A stretch of DNA of 50,119 nucleotides from a bacterium (GTDB lineage: Bacteria > Hydrothermota > 32-111), in contig JBFXGO010000005.1 of the NCBI GenBank assembly GCA_050239825.1, positions 1 through 50,119 of the forward strand. Reading direction: 5' to 3'. This document shows, piece by piece, positions 27,767-38,510 of this stretch. The stretch's first letter is position 1. The number at the start of each line of letters is the position of its first letter. The position numbers were made by a program, and so were the translations under genes. The notes under the pieces are model-generated. The model was not told the DNA's origin. It made no database searches and saw only the letters and a program-made list of their open reading frames with translations.

Positions 27767-30337
27767 ATGAAACGCTTTTTTTACTCTACGATTCTTCTTC
27801 TTGCGGCAGTGATTCCTTCTCTATTGTTCGGTCATTCACCCCTTATAAGTGAGGTCATGATAAATCCTATAAATGTAAGTGACAGATCCGAATGGATTGA
27901 GATTTACAATAATGGGTTACACCCGATTTTAATAGATGGATGGAAATTGACAGATCAGGGATTTGGAGAGACGGGAGAAGGCGCTTGGGTAATTCCAATT
28001 GACAACCACTATCTTTACCCGGGTGGAAAAATTACGTTGGCGTGGTTCGCAGACTCTTTCATGCTGTATTACGGATTTGCTCCGGATTTTGCTTTAACCC
28101 CAGGTTCCACAGATGCAAAAGGACTTTCAGGTAGTTGGTCTGGCCTCAACAATACGGGCGAACAAATTTATTTGAAAAACGAAAATGATTCAATAATAGA
28201 TTGTTTTGCATTTTTAAAAAAGAGAGATACGACAGATGCATTTGTAACTCCTGAAAGTATTTGGTATCCTCTAATGTTGCCTGTAAAAGTAGATACTTCC
28301 TTTCTAAGAAATCCGGATAATGTGGAAGGAGTTGAATTTTTTGATGAAGTATCTGAGTCCCTGTCAGTATCATGGGCATACGAATCGGGACAGGAATTTG
28401 CAGGACCGGAAACAGGCGGTTTAAATCCACAAGGACTAATGATAAGCAATTTTTCACAGAATCCCTCTTCACCTAATTTTCTTGATAAAGTAATAATTTC
28501 ATGCAATGCCACATCCGATACGAGTGTTAATTATGTGAAATTATATTGGTCTAACAACAATTTCATAAATACGGATTCTTCGACAATGAACAGACAAACC
28601 GGTGATACGACATTCTTAGATACGATTCCAAGTTATTCCAAATCTTCAGACATCAGATATTTTTTGAAAGCTGTTGATGATAAAGGAAGAACAGTTTACG
28701 CTCCTCCTGCGGCTCCGGCTTCATACTATAGGTATATAGTCGCTGATACAGGAGAATCTTATTTTGAGGTGCATTTCAACAAGAGTGTTGATGTAACTCT
28801 GGCAAATATGAATGTTGCTTCAGGCGAAGATTCCCTCGACTTTTATCTTGTAAAATACATTCATAATGCGCAAAAAACAATCGACTGCTGTTTTTACGAT
28901 TTTGACAGGCAGATTGTTGCCGATTCTCTTGAAGCGGCTCACAACAGAGGTGTGAAGATAAGATTTATAACAGATAAAGACTATGAGACTCTTGCTCAGG
29001 TTTCTCAGCTTGAGGCGGCAGGAATAACCGTTATAGATGATGATTTCCCGCTTTCATATGAGGGAAGCAACTTAATGCACAACAAGTTTTGTGTGATTGA
29101 CACAACATACACATTCACCGGTTCATGGAACATAACCGACAACTGCACAGACAGAAATGCGAATAATTCCATAATAATAAGGGACAGACAGGTAGCTGAA
29201 AACTACATTAAGGAATTCACTGAAATGTGGGGTTCTACCACAATGACACCCAATGCCTCTGTCTCTAAATTCTCGACTCAGAAGACAGACAATATTTCGC
29301 ATGTTTTTATTGTTGACAATGATACTGTGAAAGTCTATATGTCGCCTTCTGACGGCTGTGCATCAAAGCTTATGACCGCAATAGCCACAGCCAACAGTTC
29401 TATATACTTTTGCATATTCGTCTTCTCTCATCAGGGAATATCCGACGCTATGAAATCAAAATACGACGGCGGCGTAGATGTCCGCGGTGTCTTTGATGCA
29501 ACATACTGGAATGCCGACTATTCGAAATCACTCGATATGAGAGGCCTATGGAATAATTCATCAAACAACAATCCTTGGTCGCCGCCTGCGGATGTCTTCC
29601 GTGATTCAGTTGACGGTAACCTTCTGCATCACAAATATATGCTTATTGATGCAGACCAGTGGGACTCAAACCCGATAGTCGCGACTGGATCATTCAACTG
29701 GTCTGATGCCGCAGAGGATGGAAATGACGAAAATCTTGTTCTTCTCCATTCAAAATATTTTGCAGACCTCTTCTTGCAGGAATTTGCGGCAAGGTATGAG
29801 GAGGCGGGTGGTGCAGATAGCATTTCAGTTGATACGAAGCTTCAGCAGATAAACATTGCTGTTAGAAGGGACAAGGCGGATGTAATAATCAACTATTCGC
29901 TTGAGAATTCCTCTCTCTCTTCAGTTGAAATTGATTTTAACGAGAAAAATGTTTTTACATCACAATCTTTAAATGGTCAATTTACCCACAAAAACAGCGA
30001 AGCAGGAAAATATGATGTTTTTGCGCTGAGAAAGAGCGGAGTAAGAGAGCATCTTGGTCAGTTTTTTGTTGATGGATATGGACAGATTTTATCAGTCATT
30101 TCTGAGAACAACCTTTGGACAAAAAAGTCGCCTTACAAAGCAAGAGTGTCCGGAGCAGGTATTATTGAAGTCGCAGTGATAAATGCCATCGGTGAGGTAG
30201 TTGAAAAGAAAAGTTTGGATCTGTCGAAAGAGAGCTTCTATTCGCCCTCCCAAAATATTGCCGGAGGAATTTACTATGTAAGATTCTCCGATAAATCAGG
30301 AAACAATCTAACTGAGAAGGTTTTAAAGGTCAAATGA
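27767..30337 (+). CDS. secreted lamin-tail + phospholipase D/nuclease (2x HKD) protein with CTD
   Basis: Signal peptide; lamin-tail motif ISEVMINP..EWIEIYN..GWKLTD; HNKFCVID..GSWN and HHKYMLID..GSFN; CTD INAIGEVV...GGIYYVRF...KVLKVK. ATG 27767 after AAAGGAG. Confidence 0.8.
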   Translation: MKRFFYSTILLLAAVIPSLLFGHSPLISEVMINPINVSDRSEWIEIYNNGLHPILIDGWKLTDQGFGETGEGAWVIPIDNHYLYPGGKITLAWFADSFMLYYGFAPDFALTPGSTDAKGLSGSWSGLNNTGEQIYLKNENDSIIDCFAFLKKRDTTDAFVTPESIWYPLMLPVKVDTSFLRNPDNVEGVEFFDEVSESLSVSWAYESGQEFAGPETGGLNPQGLMISNFSQNPSSPNFLDKVIISCNATSDTSVNYVKLYWSNNNFINTDSSTMNRQTGDTTFLDTIPSYSKSSDIRYFLKAVDDKGRTVYAPPAAPASYYRYIVADTGESYFEVHFNKSVDVTLANMNVASGEDSLDFYLVKYIHNAQKTIDCCFYDFDRQIVADSLEAAHNRGVKIRFITDKDYETLAQVSQLEAAGITVIDDDFPLSYEGSNLMHNKFCVIDTTYTFTGSWNITDNCTDRNANNSIIIRDRQVAENYIKEFTEMWGSTTMTPNASVSKFSTQKTDNISHVFIVDNDTVKVYMSPSDGCASKLMTAIATANSSIYFCIFVFSHQGISDAMKSKYDGGVDVRGVFDATYWNADYSKSLDMRGLWNNSSNNNPWSPPADVFRDSVDGNLLHHKYMLIDADQWDSNPIVATGSFNWSDAAEDGNDENLVLLHSKYFADLFLQEFAARYEEAGGADSISVDTKLQQINIAVRRDKADVIINYSLENSSLSSVEIDFNEKNVFTSQSLNGQFTHKNSEAGKYDVFALRKSGVREHLGQFFVDGYGQILSVISENNLWTKKSPYKARVSGAGIIEVAVINAIGEVVEKKSLDLSKESFYSPSQNIAGGIYYVRFSDKSGNNLTEKVLKVK

Positions 30338-31251
30338 GTGAAATAAAGGTCTCTGTCATATCCTCAGCATTCAATGAAGAGGATAATGTTCCTATTCTTG
30401 CTAAATTGTTTGACGAATTCAATAAAAAACAGCAAATATCTTATGAACTTGTTCTGATTGATGACGGTTCTAAAGATGGAACATACGAGAAGATGGTGCA
30501 AGCATCCAAAACATATAAAAATATTATAATTGCAAAACACAGAAAAAATTTCGGCAAGACAGAGGGAATCCTTACAGGACTGAAAGTATCTTCAGGGAAA
30601 CTAATAGCGGTCTATGATACTGACATGCAGTATTCTCTTGAAGAGCTTCCAAAGATGGTGTCAAGGATTGAGAAGGACGGGTATGATATCTGTACAGGAT
30701 GGAAGCAGGGGAAGTACACAAAAGCATTCGTTTCGAAAGTGTACAACAATCTGTCAAGAAGGATCTTCAATCTTCCGATTCATGACCAGAACGGTCTAAA
30801 AGTTTTAAAAAGAGAGGTCTTCTCTGAAATTCACCTGAGAAAAGAGTGGCACAGATACATAATTTCTCTTGCTGTGAACAAGGGTTTTACGGTCTGTGAA
30901 GAGAAAGTCGAACTTCATCAGCGTCAACACGGAGTTTCAAAGTATGGCACAAGCTTCAGAATTTTCATAGGAATATTCGATATGATGACAGTAAAATTTG
31001 TTATCTCATTTTTAAAAAAGCCGATGCTATTCTTTGGAGTATCGGGAGCCGGTCTGCTTGCTCTCGGAATTCTCACCGGAATAACCGCCTTGATTCTGAG
31101 ATTCGGATTCAATCTCGGATTCAGGCCTCTTCTCTACCTTGTAATGCTCTTGATACTGTCAGGTCTTGTTCTTTTTGCCATTGGATTCATAGCAGAACTC
31201 ATGGCAATAATATTTGAAGAGGTTGAAGAGATTAAAAAAAGAAACAAATGA
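30334..31251 (+). CDS. GT2 glycosyltransferase, ArnC/GtrB-like (polyprenyl-phosphate sugar transferase)
   Basis: AFNEEDN, IDDGSKDGT, NFGK, DTDMQ, GVSKYG; two C-terminal TM helices. Confidence 0.88.
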   Translation: MSEIKVSVISSAFNEEDNVPILAKLFDEFNKKQQISYELVLIDDGSKDGTYEKMVQASKTYKNIIIAKHRKNFGKTEGILTGLKVSSGKLIAVYDTDMQYSLEELPKMVSRIEKDGYDICTGWKQGKYTKAFVSKVYNNLSRRIFNLPIHDQNGLKVLKREVFSEIHLRKEWHRYIISLAVNKGFTVCEEKVELHQRQHGVSKYGTSFRIFIGIFDMMTVKFVISFLKKPMLFFGVSGAGLLALGILTGITALILRFGFNLGFRPLLYLVMLLILSGLVLFAIGFIAELMAIIFEEVEEIKKRNK

Positions 31252-31928
31252 AGCTTTCAGTAATTATTCCGGCATACAATGAGAGGGATTACATAAGGCA
31301 GATTGTTGAGAAGGTGAGAAATGTCAAGTTGGAAAAGGAAATAATAATAGTGGATGATATGTCTGCTGACGGCACGAGAGAGATACTCAAATCAATGAAT
31401 TTTCCTGATCTGAAAATTGTGTTCCACGAAACAAATAAAGGAAAGGCTGGCGCAATAAGGACCGGAGCGGATTATGTGACCGGTGACATAGTCATAATTC
31501 AGGATGCAGATCTTGAGTATGATCCTGATGATTATTATTCTCTGGTGAAGCCGATAGAGGAGGGATATGCCGATGTGGTTTACGGAAATAGGTTTTCTCC
31601 GGAGAATCTGAAGAAACTGACAATTCTTCAGTATGCGGGAAATATGATTATGACTCTTTCGACATCATTCCTTATCGGGCGCAGAATCAATGATATGGAG
31701 ACCTGTTATAAGACTGTAAGGGCAGACATGTTCAGAAGAATAGATATAAAATCCAAGGGATTCGGAATAGATCCCGAGATAACAATCAAACTGATAAGAA
31801 TGAAAGCCAGATACAGGGAAGCTCCCATAAGATACTATCCGCGCGATTACTCGCAAGGCAAGAAGATACGGCTCAAAGATGCGATGAGGACATTTTATAC
31901 AATACTGAAACTTGGGTTTTTGAATTAA
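31248..31928 (+). CDS. GT2 glycosyltransferase (DPM/DPG-synthase-like)
   Basis: IIPAYNE, VDD, IQDADLEYDP, DMETCYK. Confidence 0.9.
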   Translation: MKLSVIIPAYNERDYIRQIVEKVRNVKLEKEIIIVDDMSADGTREILKSMNFPDLKIVFHETNKGKAGAIRTGADYVTGDIVIIQDADLEYDPDDYYSLVKPIEEGYADVVYGNRFSPENLKKLTILQYAGNMIMTLSTSFLIGRRINDMETCYKTVRADMFRRIDIKSKGFGIDPEITIKLIRMKARYREAPIRYYPRDYSQGKKIRLKDAMRTFYTILKLGFLN

Positions 31929-33089
31929 ATGAAGATTCTTCATATTACAACAGCTTTTCAAAGAGACAAGGATGATATAATAACTCCCTGGCTTGTCAAT
32001 CTTTTGAAAATTCAGGCTGAGAAGAATGATGTGTCTGTTCTTACAAGCGGATATAAAAATGTAAAAAAAAATCAGAAACTCGGCAATATTAAAATTTACA
32101 GATTTAACTATGCTCCCAAAAAACTGATGAAAATGACCCATGATCTGACAATTCAAGATTATATCCAAAAGAATCCGCTTTCAATTATGCTTCTGCCGGC
32201 ATTTTTCATTGCAGGAATTATCAGTTGCCTGCAGCTCGTAAAAGAGAAAAATATAGATGCAATAATTGTGCATTGGCCGTTTCCTCTTTTCTTTATAACA
32301 TTACCGGCAAAACTGATTTTTAGGAAAAAAATCGTATCCGTATTTTATGGAGCCGAACTCAAACTATTTAAAAGCAAATTTAAAAGAATAAAATTCATCT
32401 TCAGATATATCTGCAAATCATCAGATTCAATTGTCGCAATTTCAAATGCAACTGCTGAAGAGGTAAAAGAACTCTCCGGAATGACTAAAGTTTCTGTAAT
32501 TCCCTATGGAGTGAAGATTATAGAGTGGAGAGAAAATAAGAAAGAGAACATAATTCTGACTGTCGGTCGCCAGGTTGAAAGAAAGGGGACAGAGTATCTT
32601 ATCAAGGCGATGAAATACATCAAAGAAGATTATAAACTTGTTGTAATAGGCGAAGGACCGGAATTGAACCGTTTAAAAGAGCTGGCGGAGAATGAAGGAA
32701 TTGAAGAGAAGGTCTCATTTGAGGGTTGGGTCAGAGATAAAGAGCTTGATAAATGGTATGATAGAGCGAAAATATTTGTTCTTCCGGCAGTCCATGATTC
32801 AAGGGGAGACACCGAAGGTCTTGGAATGGTTTTAGTTGAGGCAATGATGCACGGCGCTGTCTGCGTTGCTACCGGAATAGGAGGAATAACAGATATTATA
32901 CAAGATGGAGAGACCGGTCTCTTTTCAAAAGAAAAAAATGAATTTGACATTGCCGAAAAGATAAATAAATTGATTGCCAATCCTGGTTTATATAATAAAA
33001 TACGCGAACGATCCTTTGATTATATTAGTAAAAATTTTGCTGTAGATAAAGTTAGCGAAAAGTATGATAAACTTTTAAAAGGAGAATAA
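31929..33089 (+). CDS. GT4 glycosyltransferase
   Basis: VGRQVERKG and EGLGMVLVEAM (EX7E) motifs. Confidence 0.9.
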   Translation: MKILHITTAFQRDKDDIITPWLVNLLKIQAEKNDVSVLTSGYKNVKKNQKLGNIKIYRFNYAPKKLMKMTHDLTIQDYIQKNPLSIMLLPAFFIAGIISCLQLVKEKNIDAIIVHWPFPLFFITLPAKLIFRKKIVSVFYGAELKLFKSKFKRIKFIFRYICKSSDSIVAISNATAEEVKELSGMTKVSVIPYGVKIIEWRENKKENIILTVGRQVERKGTEYLIKAMKYIKEDYKLVVIGEGPELNRLKELAENEGIEEKVSFEGWVRDKELDKWYDRAKIFVLPAVHDSRGDTEGLGMVLVEAMMHGAVCVATGIGGITDIIQDGETGLFSKEKNEFDIAEKINKLIANPGLYNKIRERSFDYISKNFAVDKVSEKYDKLLKGE

Positions 33090-33091
33090 TA

Positions 33092-34303
33092 ATGAAGAGG
33101 ATGGGGATTATTTTTGTTTTGCTGTTTGTTTCATTAATGTGTTTTTCAGACAGCCTGAATTTCATTCTTATTGATACATGCATTACTGATGCCGATAGAC
33201 TTCTTGATGTGGAGTGCTATGGCAATTTGCTTTACTGTGCGGATTTTGCAAATGATATAAGAGTTTTCAATGCTTCCGATGTGGAAAATTTAATAGAATT
33301 GGGAACAATTGCTGTAAATGGCTATCCTCAAAGATTTTCCTTTTTTGGACATTATCTTTATTCAGCAAACCGAGACGGAGGACTATGTCTTCTTGATCTT
33401 TCGGAAGGTGTATTACCTCCAATCAAAGCTCACTACAATGATGGAGACGTGATAACGGGAATATGGGGGGACTCACAATTTGTTTATGCTGCAGGACCTG
33501 ATGGATTTAAAGTATTCTCAATTGAAAACGACACTCTTCTCCTGAAAGACAGCATCTACACCGTAACATTCACTTCAAATGACGTTTATGTAAAAGGGGA
33601 CAGAGCATATGTGTGCAATTGGGATAATGGAACTTCGATAGTTGATATATCCGATAAGAATAACTTAGATGTAATATCTACCATTCCGACATCTGACTAC
33701 TCTTGTGAATGTTATATAAGGGATACTATTCTTTATGTGGCTGAATATTCAAACGGCGTAAGGTGTTATGATGTCTCCGATGCATCTAATCCGATTCAAA
33801 TTGATAGTATGCCGATTGGAAGTGCTATTGAGATGCAATTTAACAGAAATCGTCTTTTTGTGGGCAACGCAGAAGGAATTTACGTTTATTATCTTAATCA
33901 GAACGGGTCTTCCACTCTTATAGGGTTCTACACAGGATATGATGTATCCAAAGGTATTTCTATAAGAAATGATACTGTTTTCTCTTGTGCGGAATTTTCC
34001 GGAATGAATATTTATGAATTTTGTGACCCACTGGCTGTTTGTGAAAATCCTCCTTTTAAGTCGAATGAATCTATATCGATACAAACATTTTTTTTGGGGA
34101 GAATTAAAATCTTGTCGGAATCAGAAGAAATCTGCCGAATGGAAGTACTCGATCTGTCCGGAAGGAGAATTATGGATAATTCCCTGAATTTGAATATTGG
34201 AATGAACGAATTTCAGATTCCCGACATTAGTTCAGGAAGCTATTTCATTTTACTTAGAACAAAAGAAAATGTGCTGTGCAGAAAAATAATCTATTTAAAG
34301 TGA
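33092..34303 (+). CDS. secreted LVIVD-repeat beta-propeller protein with CTD
   Basis: Signal peptide; repeats such as VYVKGDRAYVCNWDNGTSIVDISD and LYVAEYSNGVRCYDVSDASNP; CTD VLDLSGRRI...SSGSYFI...KIIYLK. Confidence 0.75.
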   Translation: MKRMGIIFVLLFVSLMCFSDSLNFILIDTCITDADRLLDVECYGNLLYCADFANDIRVFNASDVENLIELGTIAVNGYPQRFSFFGHYLYSANRDGGLCLLDLSEGVLPPIKAHYNDGDVITGIWGDSQFVYAAGPDGFKVFSIENDTLLLKDSIYTVTFTSNDVYVKGDRAYVCNWDNGTSIVDISDKNNLDVISTIPTSDYSCECYIRDTILYVAEYSNGVRCYDVSDASNPIQIDSMPIGSAIEMQFNRNRLFVGNAEGIYVYYLNQNGSSTLIGFYTGYDVSKGISIRNDTVFSCAEFSGMNIYEFCDPLAVCENPPFKSNESISIQTFFLGRIKILSESEEICRMEVLDLSGRRIMDNSLNLNIGMNEFQIPDISSGSYFILLRTKENVLCRKIIYLK

Positions 34304-34309
34304 GGAAAA

Positions 34310-35044
34310 ATGGAAAAATATGACATCTACAACTGGAAATTAACAGAGAGACTTCAAGAGTACATAAAGAGGTACGGGTTAAAGTACACTGTTGAATATT
34401 CATTGGAAAAATTATTCTCACCATTCCTTCATATTTATTACAACAAAATGAAGGAGCATGAAAAATTCATTTTTAAGGGAGGCGAGCTTTATTATTTTTA
34501 TCATAAGTATCGTTCGACCTGGGCGAATGAGAGAATTGTTGAAATACCGATATTCAAAAATCTGATTGACAAATTCACTTCAAATCAAATACTGGAAGTC
34601 GGAAATGTCCTTAGTCACTACTATAAAACAGATTATGACATTCTTGACAAGTATGAGAGGATGGAAAATATAATACAGAAGGATATTCTATCATACTTAC
34701 CGGAAAAGAAATATAAACTTATAATAAGCATCTCCACTTTTGAACATATAGGATGGGATGAAAATCCCAGAAATCCGGAGAAGGTGAAAGAAGTCATAGA
34801 GCATATAAAAAAGCTTCTTGACAAAGACGGAGAGCTTGTTTTTTCTGTGCCGATAAATTACAATCCGGAACTGGATAAAATGATTTTCAGCGGAGAAATC
34901 AAATTAAACAGCAAAATCTACCTGATAAGAACAGACAGACAAAATCATTGGGTTGAGGCGCAGGAAAAGGATATTCTGCTTTCAAAATACGGATACCCAT
35001 ACTTCTGTGCGAATGGTCTGCTGATAGGCAGTATTAGGAATTAG
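34310..35044 (+). CDS. putative class I SAM-dependent methyltransferase-like protein
   Basis: ILEVGNVL, ISISTFEHIG and LDKDGELVFSVP resemble methyltransferase motifs; glycan-cluster context. Confidence 0.55.
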   Translation: MEKYDIYNWKLTERLQEYIKRYGLKYTVEYSLEKLFSPFLHIYYNKMKEHEKFIFKGGELYYFYHKYRSTWANERIVEIPIFKNLIDKFTSNQILEVGNVLSHYYKTDYDILDKYERMENIIQKDILSYLPEKKYKLIISISTFEHIGWDENPRNPEKVKEVIEHIKKLLDKDGELVFSVPINYNPELDKMIFSGEIKLNSKIYLIRTDRQNHWVEAQEKDILLSKYGYPYFCANGLLIGSIRN

Positions 35045-37484
35045 GTTTTTTCAGAAGAGCAAAAAGAATAATAAAAGCAAGAGCCAAAAGGCTCACAATG
35101 GCTGAAAATATCTGCAGGTTTGGGTCAAACCATAGAACCACTCTGTTCTCGCCCTGATGCATTTTTACTCCCCTGAATAATCCAAATGCTTTATAAATCT
35201 TTTCCGGAGAATTATTCACGGAGCATTTCCACGATTTATAGTATTGGTCGAGGATGACAAGCATGCACTCTTTGTTTGTCTTTACGCTCAGTTCTATGCG
35301 ATTGGGTGTGTATTTGACTATAGTGACATCCGACTTAAGCTCCTCGTCTGTTGAGGTGATTTTGGGATCCTCATTGAATATTGCGAAATCAAGGCCGCAG
35401 GAGGTGTCCGAATCAATTGTCTTTAAAATAGAATCCAGATCTTCCATAACAATGTATGAATCTATGCAGAATGCACGGGGGAGGTAACTTTTCAGTGCCA
35501 TTATAGAGTAATTGTTTATTCTGCCGACCTCCCTGAAACCCATTGACCTGTACAAACCGCCATAGAACATTATTGCATTTTTAGACCTCTCGTCAAATCC
35601 TGCAGTATCAGAGGGAATGAAGGGAACGATAGAATACTTGACATTCAAAAACTTTATTCTGTTCGGAACCATGAATATTTTTTCCGGATTGAACATAACT
35701 GATTCACCGTTATTTATAAATTTCTGATAATCTGCAAATGGAGAAGGGTGGTTGCCTGAAATTATCTCAAAACCGTGAAGCGTAAGGTAGTCGTCATTTC
35801 TATATCCGAATGAAAATAACCTGTATTTGTCATTATCTTCATGAAGACTTTTTACTACATCGTCTTCGGCAAAATACTTATCAGGCGAATCTACCGGCAC
35901 TACGAATTTTGCATTGTTGACCCATAGGTCTGAAACCATTAAAAATCCGAGAATAAGCAGGACATGAGTTTTTGATTTCCCCTTTGAGAGTTTGAAAGAA
36001 AAGAATGTCGCCACAGCAAAAATAACAGTTTTAAAAGCGCTTGCCGAAGATGAAGTGACCGCAGTTCTAAGCGACTCATATTTTTGGCCTGCGGTTTTTT
36101 GAAAAATGTCAATTACCAACTGAGGGAAGAGAAGTATTAGTAAACCGAAAAGCCCGGCGAAAGAGGCCGTATATAAAAGTGAATCTGAATTTTCCTCGTC
36201 AAATATAAGTGCGGCAAGAACAATCGTTGAAAATGAGGCAATGAAAAATATGAGCTCTGGAGCGCGGAATTTATCGACATAGGGGAAGAGAGAATAAAAC
36301 ATTCTGTAAAGCGGAGTGTTTCCTCCCAAGGCGAGTATGATGACTGTTACAAAGGAGACGGAAAAGAATAGAGTCATGCTTCTTTTTTTGGAACTCAATA
36401 GCATGGCCAATGCAAGAATAAATGGAATTACCCCAATGTATGTAGAATGAAGTTTGAATGGGTTTTCGCCCCAGTATGTGTTTGTCTGGTTTATGTTGAT
36501 TCCTGCAAATCCGCTTACCAACTGGTCGAAGATGTCGGGGAATCCCATTGACCATGAAACTGCATAGGCATAATCCCTCTCCATTCCCCTTGCCGCAAAA
36601 GGAAGAAATCTCATTATCGGAAGATACTGTACGAGGGAGAGAGCCACAGTCATTGCAACAAATACCGCGGAGTATGTGTAGATTCTGACAGTCTCTTTTC
36701 TCATTTTTCTGTCAAGTATTGCAGGTAGTATCACTACCACAAGAAGAAAAACGGCAAACCCGGCATATTTCTGTATCAGAGAAAAGAAAAATCCCAGAAC
36801 AACAGCCGCCGCAAAAGTGTAATTTCTGAATTTGTGAGTATATGCTGAATTTATATGATTGAATGCAATATAGAAGAGAGAGAAAACTATTGCATAATAG
36901 GAGGATTGTATGTGGCCCGTTAGAAGCATCATCGCAGAGGGAATGGATGAAAGCATAAACCATTTGACAGTGAGAGTTTCAAGCGCTTTGTCTATGCAGT
37001 AAATAAGAATCGGCAGGCATGATATAACCATGAACCTTCCGTCGTGTCCGCCGTAGATTTCCGAGAGCATTGCGCTTGTAAACATAAAAACAACAGAAAA
37101 TATTCCTGCGACAAGTTTTGATTTAACCTTTCTTGAAAGATAAAGGTACATTCCGAAACCGGCTATTATCATGTGAATGAAGAATATAAGAGTCCAAACA
37201 GTGAATGTCGGAAAGACATATTTTAGAGGTAGTGTCAGAGGATGAAAGATCTCTCCGAAGAATCCTTCGCCTGCAGGAATTCCGGCAAACTGGCTGGGGT
37301 TCCACAGAGGAAACTGCTTTTCTGCCTTGATGCTCCTTTCAAAAAAATCCCTCTGCATGTATGTGCCTGAAAGCCAGTCTGTTCCGAAAAGCATCTTCTT
37401 TGAAAAGATGACATCTCTCAAAAACAAAGATGAAAAAATTATCAGAACAGAGAGCAAAATTAATTTGTCTTTATGATTTTTCAT
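35034..37484 (-). CDS. YfhO-family (GT-C fold) polytopic membrane glycosyltransferase
   Basis: PLWNPSQFAGIP, GHIQ..YY, YIG, FRAPE, YLPRAF and C-terminal YTPNRIEL...W...VN...FRGV; many TMs. Confidence 0.82.
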   Translation of the reverse strand: MKNHKDKLILLSVLIIFSSLFLRDVIFSKKMLFGTDWLSGTYMQRDFFERSIKAEKQFPLWNPSQFAGIPAGEGFFGEIFHPLTLPLKYVFPTFTVWTLIFFIHMIIAGFGMYLYLSRKVKSKLVAGIFSVVFMFTSAMLSEIYGGHDGRFMVISCLPILIYCIDKALETLTVKWFMLSSIPSAMMLLTGHIQSSYYAIVFSLFYIAFNHINSAYTHKFRNYTFAAAVVLGFFFSLIQKYAGFAVFLLVVVILPAILDRKMRKETVRIYTYSAVFVAMTVALSLVQYLPIMRFLPFAARGMERDYAYAVSWSMGFPDIFDQLVSGFAGININQTNTYWGENPFKLHSTYIGVIPFILALAMLLSSKKRSMTLFFSVSFVTVIILALGGNTPLYRMFYSLFPYVDKFRAPELIFFIASFSTIVLAALIFDEENSDSLLYTASFAGLFGLLILLFPQLVIDIFQKTAGQKYESLRTAVTSSSASAFKTVIFAVATFFSFKLSKGKSKTHVLLILGFLMVSDLWVNNAKFVVPVDSPDKYFAEDDVVKSLHEDNDKYRLFSFGYRNDDYLTLHGFEIISGNHPSPFADYQKFINNGESVMFNPEKIFMVPNRIKFLNVKYSIVPFIPSDTAGFDERSKNAIMFYGGLYRSMGFREVGRINNYSIMALKSYLPRAFCIDSYIVMEDLDSILKTIDSDTSCGLDFAIFNEDPKITSTDEELKSDVTIVKYTPNRIELSVKTNKECMLVILDQYYKSWKCSVNNSPEKIYKAFGLFRGVKMHQGENRVVLWFDPNLQIFSAIVSLLALAFIILFALLKKPNS

Positions 37485-38391
37485 TTTTCCTCCATAGAAT
37501 ATCGCTCTTTATGAGTGTGAAAAGAAAAAGAAGTTCGCTCAGAGTCATTTGAATCCTTGACAGAATTGAAATCGTCAATGCAATGCTTCCCGAAAGCGAA
37601 TGAGAGAGAAGAAATACCATCACTCCCTCTCTGATGCCTATTCCAGATGGAATAAATATTACTATGAAACCGAGAACCCAAGAAATAGGATAAACTGAAA
37701 TTAAAAAGACTGAATTCGCAGAGACGCCTATTGATTTGACTAGAAAAAGAAATTGCAGTCCGAATGCAAGCCACATTGCTGTGTATATGCCGTTAAGAAT
37801 AAATATGTCTTTAAGCTCCATGCTAAATTCTATGGGCTCTTTTTTGAATTTTACAAGAAAGAAGTTCATAATGGATGAGAAAAAACTCGGGTTCACCAAA
37901 GATATTGCAATGTATGCCACAGGAAAAAGAAGGAGCATTGCTGTTGAATTGTTTGAAATATATCCGTATGAAATAAGAAAGAAAGTAAGACCCGTAAGAA
38001 CAAGATAGAATGTTTCGACAATAACAGCGGTAAACGATCTTCTTTTTGATATTCCAAGTCTTTCGGCAAGAATCGTCCTTCCAACCGTGAACCAAACCTT
38101 ACCCGGGATGTATCTGCCAAAAGTTGACAGTCCTATTACTCTCATGGAATTGATAAGAGAAATGGATTCGTTCATTTTTGAAAGGATGAATTTATATGCC
38201 AAGGAGAGAAGCGAGAACCATATAGGCACAAATGCAAAGGAAAGAGCAAGAAGATGCATGTTGAAATGGAGAGATTTGAAATCAATTTTTGAGAACTCCT
38301 TGGAAAGTTTCAATACTAAAAAGAAAAAGACCACAATAGTGACGATGATTGAAATTATGTTGAAAATTTGTTTGCTGGTAACTTTATTCAT
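37471..38391 (-). CDS. lysylphosphatidylglycerol-synthase TM-domain / flippase-like (UPF0104) protein
   Basis: GRYIPGKVW and PSGIGIREG motifs; hydrophobic throughout. Confidence 0.82.
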   Translation of the reverse strand: MNKVTSKQIFNIISIIVTIVVFFFLVLKLSKEFSKIDFKSLHFNMHLLALSFAFVPIWFSLLSLAYKFILSKMNESISLINSMRVIGLSTFGRYIPGKVWFTVGRTILAERLGISKRRSFTAVIVETFYLVLTGLTFFLISYGYISNNSTAMLLLFPVAYIAISLVNPSFFSSIMNFFLVKFKKEPIEFSMELKDIFILNGIYTAMWLAFGLQFLFLVKSIGVSANSVFLISVYPISWVLGFIVIFIPSGIGIREGVMVFLLSHSLSGSIALTISILSRIQMTLSELLFLFTLIKSDILWRKNEKS

Positions 38392-38460
38392 AACTATATA
38401 TTACCCAAATGTAAAAAAAATTCAATGAAAATTTTGATATCATGAATAATTAGATCCCTA

Positions 38461-38489
38461 TTGACAAAATATAAATTCCTATATATACT
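38461..38489 (+). promoter_or_regulatory. putative sigma70 promoter
   Basis: TTGACA (38461-38466), 17 nt, TATACT (38484-38489); AGGAGG at 38501. Confidence 0.65.
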
Positions 38490-38510
38490 TATATCATGCA
38501 AGGAGGATTT

